Source of the DNA: Candidatus Woesearchaeota archaeon
GTDB taxonomy: Archaea; Nanobdellota; Nanobdellia; Woesearchaeales; UBA12501
Direction of reading: 5' to 3'
Assembly (NCBI GenBank): GCA_014729495.1
Contig: WJJV01000006.1
Coordinates: forward strand, 1-38,636
Length of the DNA stretch: 38,636 nucleotides
Made by a program: the position numbers and the translations under genes
Part shown: positions 35,898 through 38,636 of the stretch, one piece after another
Position numbering within the stretch: the first letter of the stretch is position 1
Layout: each line of letters opens with the position of its first letter
The notes under the pieces: generated by a model
Told to the model about the DNA's origin: nothing
What the model saw: only the letters and a program-made list of their open reading frames with translations
The model's database searches: none

Positions 35898-38636
35898 TCA
35901 TGATAATGTCCTGATGTGATTCCAGTTATTATAGTGCTGTTTCAACTGCTCTTGGGTCAAGACAGTATTGTATGCTGAAACCTCATCAATGATTCCTGCA
36001 AAAGATCCTGATCCTATATTAAGGTTGTCTCCTGCCCAGAATCCTCCAGTGAATTCCTCTGAACCCTCAAGTTCTCCATTTATGTATATTTTCAGATTTG
36101 AGCCATCATAAGTTGATGCCAGATGATACCACTCACCTGCTGTCAAGGATGAGTCTGAGGTAACTTGTGCACTTGATCCAGAATATGCTGACACAGAAAG
36201 CTTGCCACTCTTTATCCTGAGCATATTATAGTTTGTCTTCTCAAGTATCTCTCTATTGTAATCCACTGAATCAGGTCTGACCCATGCCTCAAAAGTGAAA
36301 GAATCTTCCATATCTTCTCCAACAAAAGGCTCGTTTCCAACAACAACATTATCTAGAGAATTATCAAAGGATAATCCATTGCCGAACAGCCCTGGAACCC
36401 ATGAGTCCTTAAGACCATCACTAAGGTCTCCATTCTTATTATTGCTGCTTGAGTCAAAAGCTGTTTCTCCGCTTGTCTCATCCAACTTCAGGTAAATGAC
36501 CCTGGAATCAAGATAACTGGGCTGTGTTGCAGGACAGCTTCCGCAATCCAGGCTGCAAGAATTGCAGTCTTCTTCAATTGAGCATATCCCATCAGGTCTG
36601 CCGCAGTCGCTGAAGCAGTTCACGCATGTTTCTCCTGCATCGCATGTGCCGTCACCGCATGTTGAAGGGCAGTCAGTTCCGAGTATGCAGTCTTCTGGGC
36701 AGGTGCCACAGTCCTCTCTCAATAGATTGCAGACACCATCACCGCAATAACCAAACTTCTCCTTTATGATGTCCCAATTATGATAATTTGCCTGAACCTG
36801 CTTCTGAGTCAGTGCTATGCCGTACATTGAGAACTCATCTATCTGTCCGTCCATCGGAAGATCAAATGAACTGCCCAATACCAGAGGCGCGGATTCATCA
36901 TTCATAGGATAAGGACAGCTGGCAGAAGCCCCAATGTGATCCTCCAGCATGCCATCAAGATATATGTTTGCTCCCTGCTCTGGATCAAAAGTGCATACAA
37001 CATGATGCCATTCTCCTGTACTTACAGGTGTTGTAGTGTGGGGTATGCATGCAGTTGAGTCACCATAACGGCAGCCTATCACTCCAGAATCCACTCCCAT
37101 AGCATATTGCACATGCCATGAGCCTGTAAAGTATGTCTTGCCGAATATGTACTGTTTTCCTGCATCATCCAGCTTCAACCATGTCTCAAATGTAACACTT
37201 TCAGGCAGGTTGGCATCAAGAGCAGGATGGTCAGGAACTTCAACAGTGTCTCCACCGCTGAAATCAAGAGCTTTTTCAAATTCAGAGTCAACAAGCTCTG
37301 CGCCATGGATAATTCCCTCATGGCCATTCTCAGTAATATCTTTTAAGGAATCTCCTGAACCATCATCAAAATTCCAGTAAGCAATCATGTTGCTTGAATA
37401 GAAAAAAGGCTCAATTAAACAAGCATTGTCGCACCCATCACCCTCCTTGAAATTTCCATCATCACATTCTTCATTTCCAAGGAATATATGTCCGTCTCCG
37501 CAGATATTGTCTTTGCAGAAAGAAGTGCAGGCATCATTATTGTCTGTGTTGCCATCATCGCACTCCTCATCACCATCAATAACTCCATTTCCGCATTCAA
37601 CCTGGCAGTTCTCATCGCATCCATCGTCATTCAGATTATTCCCATCATCACACTCTTCTGGCGCATGGGTTGTGCCGTCAGGATTTGACCAGCTGGATGC
37701 CTGGAGCACGCCATCACCGCAGTATTCAAGCTTGCATTTTAGTGAACAGCCGTCATCATCCTGCCTGTTGCTGTCATCGCACTGCTCATAGATGCCGTAT
37801 GAATTAGGTGACTGAACCACTCCATCACCGCAGTCTGACCTTGTGCAGTCAGGAGAGCAGTGCTCACTTCCCTCAGGTCCCCTGTCGCATTCCTCTCCAG
37901 GTTCTGTGAGACCGTTTCCGCAGAAGGGCTCTGTGTCAGGAAGCTTTCCAGGATAGAATCCTACTGAGAAATTACGGCTCTCATTGATTGTGTCTATGAT
38001 GCCATAATCACTCTCCATAAGATACCAGTTCCCTCCGCTGTTATTGCTGTAATATAATGAGTATGATACTGAGTCATTCTCTGGATCAACTGCAGGACTC
38101 CAGTTTACCATTATGCTCTGATTGTAGTTTCCGCTGTCAACAGGATTTATCAGGAATGGTATTGATGCCTCTGGCACCTGGTTTGGATAAACCTCAAGAA
38201 GCCCGTCAAGAAGGCCTCCTTGTGACCTGAACGGATCAGTGAAGCCTGCTGAAGTGAGTACGCTTGCCTCAAAATAGTATTCAGGAGGATCGCAGGCAGC
38301 TTCCAGCACACCCCAGTCAGAGAACATAGCGCAGTCAGGAGTGTATACTGCAGGCCACTCAGCAACAGCCCTGCCATCATTGAAATTCGCTTTTGGCCTT
38401 TCTGCAAACTGGCTCATGCCGTCATCGCCGGAAAGCGTGTCATCCTCCCAGATATCAAAATAAGCTTCGTAATCCTGGCAGGCTTCTCCTTCCAATGTAA
38501 GGGCCACCCTGCTTCCTGCAGTTGCATTGCTTCTTGACCAGTAAGCATCTGTTATTGTGCATGGGCATACTGCCTGGTTCTCTCCATCAACTAGCCCGTC
38601 GCAGTCATTGTCCTTTCCGTCTGTGCAGTTCTCAAC
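35898..38636 (-). CDS. Partial large surface protein with two LamG-like domains and DUF4215-like repeats
   Basis: Frame stays open to the window edge (VENCTDGKDNDCDG...). AYWNFDDGSG...GEWHHVVCT...GQIDE occurs twice; CGDG...E.CDDGN repeats. Confidence 0.88.
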   Translation of the reverse strand, partial: VENCTDGKDNDCDGLVDGENQAVCPCTITDAYWSRSNATAGSRVALTLEGEACQDYEAYFDIWEDDTLSGDDGMSQFAERPKANFNDGRAVAEWPAVYTPDCAMFSDWGVLEAACDPPEYYFEASVLTSAGFTDPFRSQGGLLDGLLEVYPNQVPEASIPFLINPVDSGNYNQSIMVNWSPAVDPENDSVSYSLYYSNNSGGNWYLMESDYGIIDTINESRNFSVGFYPGKLPDTEPFCGNGLTEPGEECDRGPEGSEHCSPDCTRSDCGDGVVQSPNSYGIYEQCDDSNRQDDDGCSLKCKLEYCGDGVLQASSWSNPDGTTHAPEECDDGNNLNDDGCDENCQVECGNGVIDGDEECDDGNTDNNDACTSFCKDNICGDGHIFLGNEECDDGNFKEGDGCDNACLIEPFFYSSNMIAYWNFDDGSGDSLKDITENGHEGIIHGAELVDSEFEKALDFSGGDTVEVPDHPALDANLPESVTFETWLKLDDAGKQYIFGKTYFTGSWHVQYAMGVDSGVIGCRYGDSTACIPHTTTPVSTGEWHHVVCTFDPEQGANIYLDGMLEDHIGASASCPYPMNDESAPLVLGSSFDLPMDGQIDEFSMYGIALTQKQVQANYHNWDIIKEKFGYCGDGVCNLLREDCGTCPEDCILGTDCPSTCGDGTCDAGETCVNCFSDCGRPDGICSIEEDCNSCSLDCGSCPATQPSYLDSRVIYLKLDETSGETAFDSSSNNKNGDLSDGLKDSWVPGLFGNGLSFDNSLDNVVVGNEPFVGEDMEDSFTFEAWVRPDSVDYNREILEKTNYNMLRIKSGKLSVSAYSGSSAQVTSDSSLTAGEWYHLASTYDGSNLKIYINGELEGSEEFTGGFWAGDNLNIGSGSFAGIIDEVSAYNTVLTQEQLKQHYNNWNHIRTLS

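Noticed and set aside
25722..38407. Numerous short antisense or alternate-frame ORFs in the surface-protein cluster
   Set aside because: Shadows of long Cys/Asp-rich genes with biased codon use.

Overview
Chromosomal segment of an archaeon, most likely DPANN (Woesearchaeota-like); this is inferred from BHB tRNA introns, TrmB, CarS, Dph2/Dph5, FtsZ2, Hel308 and class III signal peptides. The left and middle parts carry housekeeping genes: a lipid head-group operon (psd-pssA-DUF212-carS), an ATP-dependent DNA ligase with a LAGLIDADG intein, ftsZ, dph5, a nitroreductase and two PHP proteins. They also carry an N-terminally truncated Hel308, a one-domain Dph2 and six tRNA genes. Five of the tRNAs carry 10 introns in total, six at non-canonical positions, and a free-standing LAGLIDADG gene lies between two of them. 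The right 14.5 kb is a minus-strand cluster of large Cys/Asp-rich surface proteins, tail-fibre-like and pilin-like genes, interrupted by an MNT-HEPN module. The most unusual signal is non-coding: two homologous ~0.7-0.9 kb modules in inverted orientation (15192-~15900 and ~23110-23996). Each has an ~80-bp-period array of 48-49 bp covarying hairpins with 31-34 bp spacers, plus a conserved trailer of a second repeat family, and no cas genes are present. A family of nested palindromic MITE-like elements also occurs, and one copy appears to split a small gene. All product calls come from motif recognition by eye; no searches were run.
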